Below are positions 1-13,336 of a stretch of 64,000 nt of DNA, in pieces. Numbering within the stretch: position 1 is the stretch's first letter; every line of letters begins with the position of its first letter. The DNA is from Octopus vulgaris (lineage: Eukaryota). Where the stretch lies: contig OX597817.1 in assembly GCA_951406725.2 (NCBI GenBank), positions 10,850,001-10,914,000 of the forward strand. Reading direction: 5' to 3'. Below the pieces are notes generated by a model. The model was not told where the DNA came from. It did not search any database and saw only the letters and a program-made list of their open reading frames with translations. The position numbers were made by a program, and so were the translations under genes.

Positions 1-1468
1 ATACAAAGATGTCTAGTTCATTTTATTTAATACTTCATGGCTGCAGTCTTCCTAAATTTTCATATTAACTACTTCTGTCCATGGGAACATAATCTTTTCT
101 GTCTAGCTCTGCATTGAAGTATAAATATTTCTGAGTTGGTATTCAAGTTGTTGATGTTAGTAAATTCAAATATCAGAAGATAATTTTTCAGACCAAAGAT
201 AATAATGGCAATAATGGAATAAGCCAGAACAATAGCCAACTGTCAGGTCACATTTATCATGTGCATTTTCAATGCTGTTATTATTTAATTTTGCTTTCAT
301 TTTGTTTATATTTCCCTCACTCTGCATATTTAGGTTTGTATAGGTTGTCGGTGGTGAAATTTTAACAGCAGAAATCTTGTATCAGCCATTTACATACACA
401 TTCATGCACAATTTGTGTCAGATTTTACGTGACTGTTCTGCAAACTCTTACTTTACTATATTGTCAGTTCAAAACAAAACCGTCTGACTAATTCAGATTA
501 CAAGGAAACCCTACTAGTGTGTCTGTGTGTGCGTGTGTATGTGTGTGTGAGAGAGAGATAGAAAAAAATATCATGTTTGGAGAATGTTTTTAGAAACTTG
601 TTTATTCTGTATACAAATTCTTACAATAATTCATTTTCTATACCAGAAAATTGTTTACTTTCACTGTTGGCTGTAGTAAAAAGCTGGACATTTTTCTTTC
701 ATTCTTACTCCAAGTCCTTCCCTGACAATGACTAAGTTTGGATTGTAACTTACAAACTATTAAAACAGTGCTTTTATTATCCATGAATGACTAATTGTCT
801 GCCTAGATTGTTTATTTGGTAGTATCTTGTTTAATTAGACTTCATTCTACCTTTTCTTTTAATGCTGCAAGCCTTTATAAACTAACTTTTATAAACAAGC
901 TAATTTTCTAGTACACTTACAAATTCTGACTAATTTTGGTGAAGGCCTTCCATATTCCTGTAGTATCTTGACTGTTCTGTAAAAATAAAGTTAGATAATG
1001 GTTTTTATTTTTTCACATTTAACGAAGTAATTTTATTACCTATAATCCTACTAAAACTCTGTGATTGCTTGCTTGTGTACTTGCTTGTCTATAATTTGAT
1101 ATAGCCAAACCAGTGCATAATAGGACAATACTCTGAAAGTAAGGTACCTCTGAAGTGTGAATACAAATGGAATAAAACAATTTTTGCATAACCCGGATCA
1201 TGGATTCCCGAGATACGTGTCTTTTTTGAGTACCTTCATAAATAGCCAAAATGATGCATAATACTGAAAATTATTTCCATTAATTTTATGTTTACATTAT
1301 ATAACAATTCCTTCTGCATTTTTGTAAGTGTGCACATATGCCATAAATGTTCTTACTGGAGTTCAAGTTTATCCTGGAAGTTCTATTTCTATTGGATGCT
1401 GTAAATAATCAAAACCTTAAACATGAACTCCTAAACCAGATCTATGAATTGAAATATTTAACTGAATA

Positions 1469-1716
1469 ATCATCATCATCATCATCATCGTTTAGCGTCC
1501 GCTTTCCATGCTTGGACAGTGCAACTGGGGTCTGGGAAGCCAGAAGGCTACACCAGGCCCAGTCTGATCTGGCAATGTTTCTACGGTTGGGTGCCCTTCC
1601 TAACGCCAAACACTCCATGAGTGTAGTGGGTGCTTTTTACGTGCCACTGGCACAGATGCCAGACGAGGCTGGCAAACGGCTACGGTCGGATGGTGCTTTT
1701 TACGTGCCACCGGCAC
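1469..1716 (-). mobile_element. Retroposon family C, 5'-truncated, (GAT)n tail (RTE-type 3' end inferred)
   Basis: GGTTGGCGTTAGGAAGGGCATCC core, (GAT)n tail, GTGCCGGTGGCAC hairpin repeats at the truncated end. Confidence 0.85.
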
Positions 1717-1934
1717 CATCATAAAATTAACTTTTCATTCAATGCAATGTTGAAATCAGTTTCAATGTTTTATAACCTGAACTGTCAGTGACCCAACGGG
1801 TCATGGGTAGTCTAGTTACAGAATAATTTTGTGATGCAAACCGGGTTTAAAACAGATTTTTAAAAACATTTTGAAAATAGTATTTTAAACCATTGTTTAA
1901 TCAAGGATTTGCTGATCTTGTGGGTTTATTTTAC

Positions 1935-2240
1935 TGGAGCACCACCTTGAATGGTTTTAGTCAAAATTGACCTCAGGACCTATTTTTAAAGCCTAGTACT
2001 TAATCTATTGGTCTCTTTTGCCAAACTAAGTTATGAGGTCATGAGCACACCAACACTTTGTCAAGCAGTGGACAAACACAGACACGAGTTTCTTTCAGCT
2101 TCCGTCTACCATATACACTTACAAGGCTTTGGTCAGCTTGAGGCTACAGTAGAAGGCACTTGCCCAAAGGTGCCATACAGTGGGACTGAACCTAGAACTA
2201 TGTGGTTGGGAAGCAAGCTTCTTACCATACGGCCACACCT
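1935..2240 (-). mobile_element. SINE family A, old diverged copy
   Basis: CTGGAGCACCACC tail segment and CAGTGGGACTGAACC head segment. Confidence 0.75.
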
Positions 2241-2552
2241 GTTTACCAATTTGTTGTTAGGTGGTTGGCATTAGGAGCTGTAGAAACCATGCTAAAACAG
2301 ACAGGGAGCCTGACTAGCCCTTCAGCCGGTCAACTCCTGTCAAACATTCCAACCTATGCCAGCATAGAAAACGGGCTTTAAGTGATGATAATGATGGTGC
2401 AATACTTGGTATTCCCAAGGCACCATATACATAGAGTTCTTGAAGGAAGTTTTCTTGTAACATTTATTGATCATGTATTTCAAACTATTATTGCTCAGTT
2501 GTAATTTTTAAACTTGAATTTTTTTTTTTTTTTTTTTTTTTTCCTTTTTCAG

Positions 2553-2786
2553 ATATTGCATTAGATTGGTCTGATCATGGAATATGGTGGCCGGCACGGA
2601 ACAAATGGCTTAATCGTACTCGATCCACATTGGATCAGTATGAAGTTCAAGCTGATGCGAAACTGGAGTTTACTCCCATGCACAAACCGCTTCAGATTCA
2701 GCTGCCAAACTTGAGCATCATTGAGCTTCCTGTGGATTTTTCTTGTAATGTTTTTGGAGCTGTTCTCCAAATATGTAAAAAATGTG
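2553..2786 (+). CDS. FERMT2: Kindlin (fermitin/UNC-112 family) internal exon, F0 C-terminal part and start of F1
   Basis: Poly-T/ttttcag acceptor and G|gtaagt donor; 234 nt, phase 1-1. Translates (D)IALDWSDHGIWWPARNKWLNRTRSTLDQYEVQADAKLEFTPMHKPLQIQLPNLSIIELPVDFSCNVFGAVLQICKKC(G), matching the kindlin motif DWSDHxxWW...TLDxYxxQADAKLxFTP. The symbol denotes the family; the vertebrate paralog number cannot be resolved. Confidence 0.96.
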
Positions 2787-2828
2787 GTAAGTTTGAAAAT
2801 ATTATATAATTTTAGATTGATATATATA

Positions 2829-2998
2829 AGGCGGTGAGCTGGCAGAATCATTGGCATGCTAGGCAAAATGCTTTGCATGTCTAGTTTATGAGTTCAAATT
2901 CCTCCGAGGTCGACTTTGCTTTTCATCCTTTTGGGGTCAATAAGTAGCAGTTGAGTACTGGGGTCAATTTATTGCTGGCCTTGTGCCAAAATTTGAAA
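2829..2998 (+). mobile_element. SINE family B (diverged)
   Basis: GGCGGTGAGCTGGCAGAA head, GAGTTCAAATTCC B-box-like motif, GTCGACTTTGCTTTTCATCCTTTTGGGGTC core. Confidence 0.78.
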
Positions 2999-4218
2999 CT
3001 GATATATATATATGAATATAAGCCACTTCAGAACATCAGACTGCAATTGCATTATACCCCTCTAGTGTTGTGGTTTAGGCTCAAGCCAGTCTTGGTCCAG
3101 GAGACATTCTATACCATCTATTTATTCAGGTATGTGAATGGAAGCAACATAGAGAGGACCTTTCATCTTGCTAAGGACAAGATAACTTTAGTGTGGGAAC
3201 TGTGCTAAAATCCATGCTGTATGCTTTGTAAAGTGGTTGATATTTGGAAACGCATCCATCCATAGAAACCATACCAAAAACGGTATGATCAAGACAGGAT
3301 CTCTGGCATCTTTAGGAGAGTAATAACTACAGATAAGAATTGACATGCACTGAGATGACCTCGGCAATCCATACCAACATGGATAGCAGACTTAAAATGG
3401 TGATTGCAAACATCTTTTTCCCATGTTGACATGGGATTTATTATTGTTAGATATCCCTTTTCTACAAATTCCATCCAGCCCATGCAAGCATTGGAAAGTA
3501 GACAATGGAAAATAATGATACACACACATACACACCTGTGGATATATTAATGTTGTCTGGAAGATATCCTATTTTCTTTCTTAGGAAATGTTGGTTTTGT
3601 TTTTCTTTAAATGTTTAACAGTAAAATTGATAAATTAGCTGTCAGGTGATACCATAAGTTTTCAAATCCCGATAATGTCTTCAAATAACTTGCCATTCCA
3701 ATGACATTAGTAAATGTATAAAGAAAAAAAGAAAAATTGACTTTTTTAATGGAAAAAAAGAACAAAGTGGTTTGACTTTTACAGTTCATTTGATATTTCA
3801 ATTTAAAAGAGAATGAGTTAGTAATTAACAATTATTTCACTAATTTATAACAAAAATAAAATATTGAATTTCAAAATGGGCAACATTTGAGCAAAGCGAT
3901 TTCAAGAATAGCATTAACAAATACCATTTTCTTAAAGATTATAAAAATATTTCTTGGAAATTAAAAAGATAATCTTTCTTCATAACAGTATCATTTCAAC
4001 TACTTGAAATATTTTTCAAATTTGCTTTTTGATAAATGATATAGAAATGAAAGTAATTTCCTGTTTACTATAATGGACAAAAGTTAAAATATTTTAACCC
4101 TTTATATGTCTGGCCAGATCCAATCTCTCACACCTATCTCACAATGTCATTTTAAAAATAGTCACATCATTGAAATCTCAAAGCTACAAGATAATTTTGA
4201 TTAATTCAAAACAATATG

Positions 4219-4577
4219 AACAAGAGCACTCAGAGCTCAAACCTCCACCAAAGCAACACTGCCTTCTCAACGGTTAGCCAGAGATGATTTTTAAAATGAG
4301 AGCATCTGAAATAAACTTGACTGCTCTCACAAATGAGAATACTAAAAATGAACCCGATTGCTCTCAAAAATTAAGTTAAAAAACAGGAAAAATAATCCAG
4401 ATTCTTTTTCTGGTACTGGATCGATCCTGAAATCTGATCAGTTTGTGCCAGTCACAAAGCCCAACATCCCTGAAAGTTTCATCCGAGTTCATCCAGCGGT
4501 TCTTGAGATATATTTTCCATGGACAGACAGACGCGACTGAAAACAATACTTCCACCTTCACTAAGGCAGAGGTAATA
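4219..4577. mobile_element. Helentron/HINE-like non-autonomous element
   Basis: AACAAGAGCACTCAGAG...ACCTCCACC at one end and a hairpin CCACCTTCACTAAGGCAGAGGTAA with the complementary subterminal repeat at the other; ACAG microsatellite before it. Architecture recalled from DINE-1/HINE-type elements; single copy here. Confidence 0.6.
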
Positions 4578-5928
4578 AAAATTATACTGGAAAGTAGTCC
4601 TCCTCCTTATCATCATCATCATTGCTTAGCATCCTCCTTTGCTGGCATGGGTTGGGCAGTTTGAGAGGAGCTGGCCAGGCAGAAAACTGCACCATGTTTC
4701 TCTGCCTGTTTTGGCATAGGCTTTACTGCTTGATGAGCTTCCTAACACATACTACCCCACAGAATATTAAAGGATTAGTGGAGGTAGGGTGTAGTGCTTT
4801 GTTTTTAAGTATTAGCAGCAGAGCTGAACTTTCACTGACCAAGAAATGAAACTGGTTGTGATTTCAGCTTGAAAAAATTTTACTTTTATCTGTTAAATTT
4901 TTCATAGTATTGGAAGTGATCAGCTACACTTTTGAGACACTATAACTGTGTAATAGTATTTATAAAATTCATTACCTTGTTCAAATTTTATCCCTCTTGA
5001 ATGCTTAGTTTTTATAAGTACTTAGTAAAATATAAGATTCTTACACTTGTAAATTAGTCTTTACTATTTTACATGAATGTTGAAGACCATCTTAGTAACT
5101 ATTCCAGTGGAACAGTTTGCTTTTTAATTCACATTAATGTTTTAAATAAGTGACGAAATGCTACTACCCTCTCAGTTGTCCAAAATGTTGTCACTGGTTA
5201 CTGTTTTTCTTGCCTCATTATCCTATTAATTACTCTTGGTTAAACCCCTGTTACCAATTAACCATTAAAATTCTTCACATACCAACTTCAGTAAATTGGA
5301 GGCACCATTGATTATCCCCAGATCAATGCACTAATCAGACAGACCTAGCATAATAGATGTCTCCCCCACCCTCCCCTCTTTCTCTCTCAACAAACTAATT
5401 AACCAATTTGCAGTACTTGAGTTAATTATTCTTAATAACATAACATTGTTGTTTCTGCCAGTAGATAAGCCCTCGTCATGTGTATGAGTCTGTCGGTATG
5501 GAGTTTCTCTGCAAGCAATTATTTACATTGATAATTACAGTGTTTTTATTAGGATCAGTTTTTTGTTCATTAATACTAGCCATAGCACACCTACATACAA
5601 GAAACTCACACACAAATATTCTTGAATACTACACTCAGCAGATCTGTATGTCATTTACACATGTAGCAGCCCTGTCCTTTGTACTTATTGCCAGATGTCC
5701 AACTTTCAAAAATAGCCTCAATCAAGTTACAATTACTTGAACCATCTGACAGTTTTTTTAATGAATTGCTTTTTTGCTTTTGACCAGATTAAAAAGAGAA
5801 AAAAAAAGACAATTGTTTTTAATCTATGATGGCCAGACTTTATACTGGTGCGTTTGGCACAGAAAGAAATTGCCAAAATATATTAGCTTTATTAATTTAT
5901 TTAGATAGTAATTTCCAAATACAATATT

Positions 5929-6121
5929 GTGTCGGTGGCACATAAAATCACCCACTACACTCTCGGAGTGGTTGGCGTTAGGAAGGGCATCCAGCTGTAG
6001 AAACACTGCCAGATCAGACTGGCCTGGTGCAGCCTTCGGGCTCCCCAGACCCCAGTTGAACCGTCCAACCCATGCTAGCATGGAAAGCGGACGTTAAACG
6101 ATGATGATGATGATGATGATG
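5929..6121 (+). mobile_element. Retroposon family C, 5'-truncated
   Basis: Same core and (GAT)n tail. Confidence 0.88.
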
Positions 6122-7645
6122 AATATAATTCATGTATAGTAAAACATAGATTTATTGAGGACTAGAACCCAATTGAAAATAAGGTTATTGTATCAAATTT
6201 GCATTATTTTAGATGTAAATATATAATTAGCTAATTTGCACAACTAATTAGATATTGAATTGATGGTTCCAAAAGATGGTTTAGTATAAAAAAACATGCT
6301 CATTGGCACATACAGAACTTGAGATTTCATTTAGGCATGTTAATTAGCTGAACTTTTTTTGATTATCTCTTTATTTGTGGATGAAATTTTTTACTGGAAA
6401 CTATTTTGCAAGTGTTGTACAAATGTACAATAAATTCTCTTGATTTCTTTATAATTTGTAAAACTTGTGAAAAGTGCTATACTTAATGTGCTTCTTGTCA
6501 ATTTATGGATCAAGTTTTAAAAATCACAAAAAATTTTTTTTTTTTTTTTTTTGCTAAATTGCATTTAATGGTAGGTTTTGCTTTATTTTGAAAGAATTTA
6601 AATTGTAACTCAAGAATATATCCAATACATTTTTTAAAAATCCAAATTTAGATATATTGCTGAGATCTTTTAAAAGGCAACCAGTTTTATAGATTCTTAA
6701 TATATTCGAATTTTTGGTATGCTATAATCTAGTGTTTTATCTGTCATTAATCTTTTCCTTCTAGCTCTGCTGACATGAATTTATTTTAACAATAACTTGT
6801 TGATTGTCTCTGTGTGTGTGTATATATATACACATGGTAATTTTTACAAGATATCTGCTCATTTTTCTAGAGTTACCATGTTTATCAGTCAGTCTGGCTT
6901 CAAGTTATACAGATTCATATTTCTGTATTTCTTTATCATTTTAGTATTGTTACTTAATATCCTGACTTATTAATATTCATCACTCGGACAAGTGTAATGG
7001 ACTATATTGCTTCATACTTAACTCTATAGTCCCTTATCGCAAACATTGCATTATCGGTTTTTCTTTCTCATTATTAATGCAGATTACTAGTGAAGTTGCT
7101 TATTGAACCGGTTCACATAAACACTGAGTTTGTCACATTTTCCCCGAGGCTGATGATTGTCCATGAAGTGTTTAATGACATTTTTATCTATTTCCAACTG
7201 AGACAAGACAGATCTTTTAACCTTTACTAAGTTATACTGTGTTCTGTGTCAATCTCAGGATCTGAAACTCAGCATCATTGAAAAATCTCTATCAGAAACA
7301 TGCTTCCTATGCATTTTAATAGAACTTGTTTAACAAAAGCACAAGATTGAACTTATAGCTATTAATTACTATTTGACATTTTACCATTGGGCTCTTGTAG
7401 CTGCATTGGACATTTCTTTTGTTGACTGCCTACATTAAGATCGATAGATTATGTGGAAAGCTTTTAATAAGGTCTTCTTAATTTCAGACATTGGTCAAGG
7501 CATTTCTTTCTTTTGGCAGATTAAGTAAATAGACAAACTGGACTGCTTGCTTATTGGTCATGAGTTCAAATCCATTGCATACATCTTATTTTGGAGTAGA
7601 CTCCTTTATTCTGCATTACCTTAATTCAGATAGTTATTAGACATA

Positions 7646-7787
7646 CCTATTTCTTTACTACCCACAAAGGGCTAAATACAGAGGGGACAAACAAGGACAG
7701 ACAAAGGTATTAAGTCGATTACATCGACCCCAGTGTGTAACTGGTACTTAAGTTATCGACCCCGAAAGGATGAAAAGCAAAGTCGAC
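7646..7787 (-). mobile_element. SINE family B, 3' part
   Basis: CTATTTCTTTACTACCCACAA tail shared with the other copies. Confidence 0.82.
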
Positions 7788-8907
7788 ACGATGTAGTCTA
7801 TTCAAGGAGATTTAGTTTAAAATTTTTATACCACAAAACTAGAGATAAGGCACTGATACCTAAAAACTCCCCTTGATTTGTCATTTGCTCTAATCTACAA
7901 AATTACTTTACAATAATGTAGATAGCTCTTAGGATATCATTCTGTTATTTTTTGTTTTTGAACAAGTTTTGCAAGGATTTTGAGCTGAGACTATGTTGAA
8001 ACTGGTATTGTTATATTTAGGCAGAATCATAATGAATACAACTTATAAACATACCAATTATTGTTTGCTTCTATTTCTTTTATTTTTCCAAATAGTTGTT
8101 GCTTGTCTATATTTCTCAATGTTTTTTATCACATCAACCTGTGGCCTTTTCAGCCTGTGTGTATTTTCATATGCTTGATTTAACTAATTTTACTGTAGTT
8201 ACATCTCCCTAGTAGTGTGTAAGCCGATGACATTTTGGTGCTTTTTTCACTTTGCTTCCTTTTGTTGTTGCCCTACATAAGGGGTGTGTGATGTGTGGTT
8301 GACCTTAGTTGTTTTTAGACATATTCTTGCTCAATATTGTAGTGGTGGGTTGGGTGGGGATAGGATGATATTATATCGCTCATTCTTTATATTGTGTGAA
8401 TGAGATCTTTCTAGACATCCAAAATACCCATCATTATGGCAAATCACAGGAGCTATACAGGAAGTAAACTCCACTCACACACTTGCTATAAAGGAATGGT
8501 GTAGCAACTCACCCTTGGAGTCATATGATGTAGGATAAAATAAATCTAAATGACTAAGGTCAACCAATGTGTACACAAGCACACACACACACACACACTT
8601 TTTTTTTCTATGTTAGCAACAACAAAAGAAAGCAAAGTAAATAAACAGTAAAACATGAGTTCACATTCTTACTATAGAGATGTAACTATAAAATCAGTGA
8701 AGTCCAGCATTTGAAAATGCACCAATTGAAAAAGCTACAGGCTGATGTCATGAGAAATATTCTGAAACATAGACATCTGCTTTTAATAAAGAGATATACA
8801 GACAAACAACTGGTGAATGTGTTTATGCTATACTAGTTATGACGCTTTTTAAAATAAAACATTTTCTATTGTTTTATCTTTAGAATTCCTGTGTATATAT
8901 TGGACAT

Positions 8908-9133
8908 TACTCTTTACTCTCTTTTACTCTCTTTTACTTGTTTCAGTCATTTGACTGCAGCCATGCTGAGGCACCGCCTTTAGTCGAGCAAATCGACCCC
9001 GAGACTTATTCTTTATAAGCCCAGTACTTATTCTATCTGTCTCTTTTGCCGAACCGCTAAGTAACGGGGACGTAAACACACCAGCATCGGTTGTCAAGCA
9101 ATGCTAGGGAGACACACACACTCACACACATAT

Positions 9134-9178
<45 letters not shown>

Positions 9179-9343
9179 CACATCAGGCTTCTTTCAGTTT
9201 CCGTCTACCAAATCCACTCACAAGGCATTGGTCGGCCCGGGGCTATAGCAGAAGACACTTGCCCAAGATGCCACGCAGTGGGACTGAACCCAGAACCATG
9301 TGGTTGGTTAGCAAGCTACTTACCACACAGCCACTCCTGCGCC
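8908..9343 (-). mobile_element. tRNA-derived SINE, family A (full length)
   Basis: Head GGCGCAGGAGTGGCTGTGTGG (A-box-like) and GGTTCAGTCCC (B-box-like), internal (TA)/(TG) microsatellite, (AAAGAGT)n tail; about 20 similar copies in the window. Confidence 0.9.
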
Positions 9344-9985
9344 TATTAGGTGTATCTTTATTAGAATCTAGAAACAGCTGTGATGGGAGTTTATATATAG
9401 ATGTCCTAATTCACATTTTCGGTTTCGTGCATTTTATAGGTGGAAAATTCAGGAATCCAAACCTATAAGATCCTTAAAGTTATTTTGTTCACTGCCTGTC
9501 TTGCCTGTAGTTTACTTAGATCAGGGGTTGATGAACTAGGGTAAAGTACCCAAGTGGAGTAAAAATGAAATTCTTGGGGTTGATGAGGACTCATTAGACA
9601 GAAGTAAAATTCTATAAAAATTGTGTCCCTTGTTACAATAGTTTTTTTTTTTTTTTTTTTTAACCTGGCAACACTGCATCTGTCCAATGTAATGGATGTG
9701 TTTAGGAGCGTCACACCATTTTGAACTACAAACAATTTGCTCTGGTTTTTACAGTTGAAATTCCTGAAATACTTTTCTGATCTTATGGTAAATAGATCTT
9801 TTTCTGCGTATTTGACAGTGTGTGATGATTCTACACCAAGCTCAGGAACCCACCTAAAAAAAAGAAGCAAATAACAACAAAAAAAAAACCCCAGAAAAAT
9901 AGAATGCCAACTCTTGAAGTAGTTCAGTGAACTTCAGTTTTAACATTACTTACTGCTGATAAAATACTTTTTTCACTTGGTCGTA

Positions 9986-10213
9986 TTAACCCTTTAGCAT
10001 TCAAACCGGCCATATCTGGCCAAAATATTTAACCTGTTTTATATTGAAACTGACCAGATCTCGCCTCTCACCTCAGCCCTACAATGTCATTCTAAAACTA
10101 AAAAATCACATCACTGAAATCTCTAAACTACAAGATAATGCATGATTAATTCAAACCATTTTAAATAAACAAACATCACAATTGACAGAATAATCTGAAC
10201 ACTAAAGGGTTAA
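9986..10213. mobile_element. MITE family D, piggyBac-type
   Basis: TTAA-CCCTTTAG...CTAAAGGG-TTAA terminal inverted repeats with TTAA target duplication; ~220 bp. Confidence 0.88.
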
Positions 10214-10367
10214 AGCAATATAGCCATTCTTTGAAAGTTAGACATGGTTACAAATTTTATTTATTGCTTTTAAAATATGATGTATTTAAGCTTAGGCCAT
10301 CATTTTGAAATTATGCACTCCAGTTCACTTAATGTCTCATTTAATGGAATGTAGAGGTGTTTGTTTG

Positions 10368-10403
<36 letters not shown>

Positions 10404-10887
10404 TGGACTTACTGGTACGAAAGAATATAGAAAATAGACTTCACTAAGCTTAAATTAATGGTGCTCTACCAAATTTGTAAGCCTGATCAATTTACTTCCT
10501 TTAAATTTGAAATTAAGTAGTCATACTGTATGTAACCCCACCCTGACATTTTTTTGTCTATCCTGTTAAATCTTGTCAACTTAGAACTAAGTGTTAGGAT
10601 TTGAGTTCTAATGACATTTCCGTGAGTGTAAAATGGGTTCAGTTCCTTTTTGGATATTTTCTGATTTTTTTTTTGTAAATGATCTTCAGGTTCAAGATTT
10701 ATTTTTGCCTAATCTTCATCTACATCTCACTTTACTCTTGTTCCTTATTGCAGTAGATTTAATCTCTCAAAATTTAACACCATCACAGCCTTTCTATGCT
10801 TTTGACAGTCCACTCAGTTGCAAGAATTTGGTCTAGGTCTTATGTTAGAGGAAAACCTTATCCCCTCAACTCTTAGCATTTAAACCA

Positions 10888-11257
10888 GGCACAGGAGTGG
10901 CTGTGTGGTATGTAGCTTGCTAACCAACCACATGGTTCCGGGTTCAGTCCCACTGCATGGCATCTTGGGCAAGAGTCTTCTGCTATAGCCCCGGGCTGAC
11001 CAATGCCTTGTGAGTGGATTTGGTAGACGGAAACTGAAAAGAAGCCTGTCGTATATATGTGTGTGTTTGTGTGTCTGTGTTTGTCCCCCTAGCATTGCTT
11101 GACAACCGATGCTGGTGTGTTTACGTCGCTGTCACTTAGCGGTTTGGCAAAAGAGACTGATAGAATAAGTCCTGGGGTCGATTTGCTCGACTAAAGGCGG
11201 TGCTCCAGCATGGCCGCAGTCAAATGACTGAAACAAGTAAAAAGAGAGTAAAGAGTA
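10888..11257 (+). mobile_element. SINE family A, inserted inside a TTAA MITE
   Basis: Same head and tail as other copies; MITE-D sequence stops at ~10887 and resumes at ~11258. Confidence 0.88.
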
Positions 11258-13336
11258 TATCTGGCCAAAATATTATCCCTGTTTTATGTTCAAACTGTCC
11301 AGATCCACCCTTTTCAATCTACCTTACAATGTCATTCTAAAACTAAAACCATCACCTCCTTGAAATCTTGAAGATATGAGATAATGCATAATTCAAAACA
11401 ATGTGATTAAGCATTACATTTGACAGAATCTGAATGCTAAAGGTTTTAAAGTAATGAGCACAGTTTCAACCCAAGCCAGGTAAAAATAAAAACAAAGCAA
11501 CTTTCTCACCATTCTACTTGACTGTATGGCTGCATTCTGTTAAAGTCCTTAAGTTCTGCTAGATAATTGCACCATATTTCTGAGTATCTAGTTTTACTAG
11601 ACGGCTATACAATCTCTCTCTTACTCATAAATATACTGATCTACTGTAATACTTCTGTTTGAACTCACTGAAAGTTAATGAGTTAACGATTTCAGTGGAA
11701 TTCACATAATTCTCAAAAGAGAACAATTGTGTACAAATCAAAATTTCCATGTTTGATTCAATTTCAGAGATTACAGCAAAAATTGTTACTTGCAAATATG
11801 GAAGTAATATTCCTGATGAATATGGCTAAAACTAAGCTATTAATTACAGTATTTTTCTCTAGAGATAAGTTCCTTTTGCAAGGAAAGCTGCTTCTTTGAA
11901 AATGGGTTAATTTGCAGGACGTAATGGAGTTCTTATCAGCAAAATCACTTTCAGAATGCAGCATAGTTCTGATGATTTAACTATGTTTAAAGTAAGAAAC
12001 AAAAAAACAACGAACAAAAGCACACATTTATATGCTTGAATACACAATATGTACACAAGATTTGTAGATGTAAAAAAAGTAAAAAAACAAAAGTGCATTA
12101 CCAGTTTCAACAATATCCATTATGATAAATGTCCGGATACATACAGCTGAATGCTGTTTTGGAATATAATTTTAGCAGTAAAGAAAATACATTCGTTGAA
12201 AAATGCTGCATCATTCTGTATACTTTTGTTGCCTTTCTATTTGTTCAGCTGAACATATTTATCAATACTATCAGCGGAATTTGTACAGGGAATTACTGTG
12301 AAATGACTTTGCATTTGTTTGCATATTTCATCAAAGTTATGCCTGGTAACTAACTGCAAGCAAAAGAAAGGAAAAAAGCCCAGAACAACTGATGTAGTTT
12401 TACACACATGTTAATGTGCATGTGGCATGTTCCAGTAAAAAAAAAAAAATGATGTGGATTTCTTTATTCAACTAAAATAACCATGGATGATTAATAGTAG
12501 AGTACTAATCAGTTTACATATTGTATTGCAGTCATTTTGACTGGGCGTTGTGACAGCGTTTGGAAATAGTTTTTCAAAATAAATCTAAGTTTAATAGTAT
12601 ACCATATTCCTAAGTGATATAGATTTAAAATTGATGACTTAACCAATTTTTGAAGCATCTGTTAGTAAACAGTAAAATAACAATGAAGTCATATTTCCTA
12701 GGTTGGCTTGGTGCTGCTCTTTCAATATCAATTTAATCTATTTCCAGTATAAGCTGTAGTCTCTATCGTAATGGCATTATCACTTGCCGCTTTGTTTTTT
12801 GACCTGTCTTATTGTTTGATTCTCTGTTCTAGCCAAATTTCTGTTTGCTTGCTCTTGTAGTGCAACTTGATAATTGTTATATCTTCTAAATGAATTGCAA
12901 ATACTACATAAATGAAATGAAATTTTTGTGATTCTGAATTTCAAAAAGCACCCTTTTTTTTTTTTTAAAGGGTATGTGAAATCATGAAAGTAGAATACGA
13001 TGCTGTTTTAATTAGTTTGACAGTCTGAAGTGAAAGTGTATTAATGTATGGATTAGTTTTGATGAAAAGTGAAATACGTCCAAACTTTAAGTGTTAAATT
13101 ATGCAAAAAAAAAAAAAAAAATGAACTCTTTCCAAATTGACTGATGTAAAACTTTGCCTCATATTATAGATGTTAATATAACACTTGTGCTGAAAAAAAA
13201 ACTCTATTTGAATCACTCTTTGTCCCAAGCATTTTGGATAAAAAAATTACCAACCCTGTGTGTATATATATATATATATATCAAATCAAAACAAATCAAA
13301 ATAGATGAACATCAATGGAATTTGTATCTTTGTGGT

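Noticed and set aside
2561-2878. 105 aa minus-strand ORF
   Set aside because: It is the antisense shadow of the kindlin exon plus a SINE B head.
9091-9468. Recurrent ORF family (...RQASFSFRLPNPLTRHWSARGYSRRHLPK...) seen many times in the ORF track
   Set aside because: These are translations of SINE family A; frames shift with microsatellite length and there are no splice signals or protein homology.
11918-11991. Possible cassette exon (tttgcag...AAA|gtaaga)
   Set aside because: Poor pyrimidine tract, not phase-symmetric and no similarity to kindlin; expected by chance in 53 kb.
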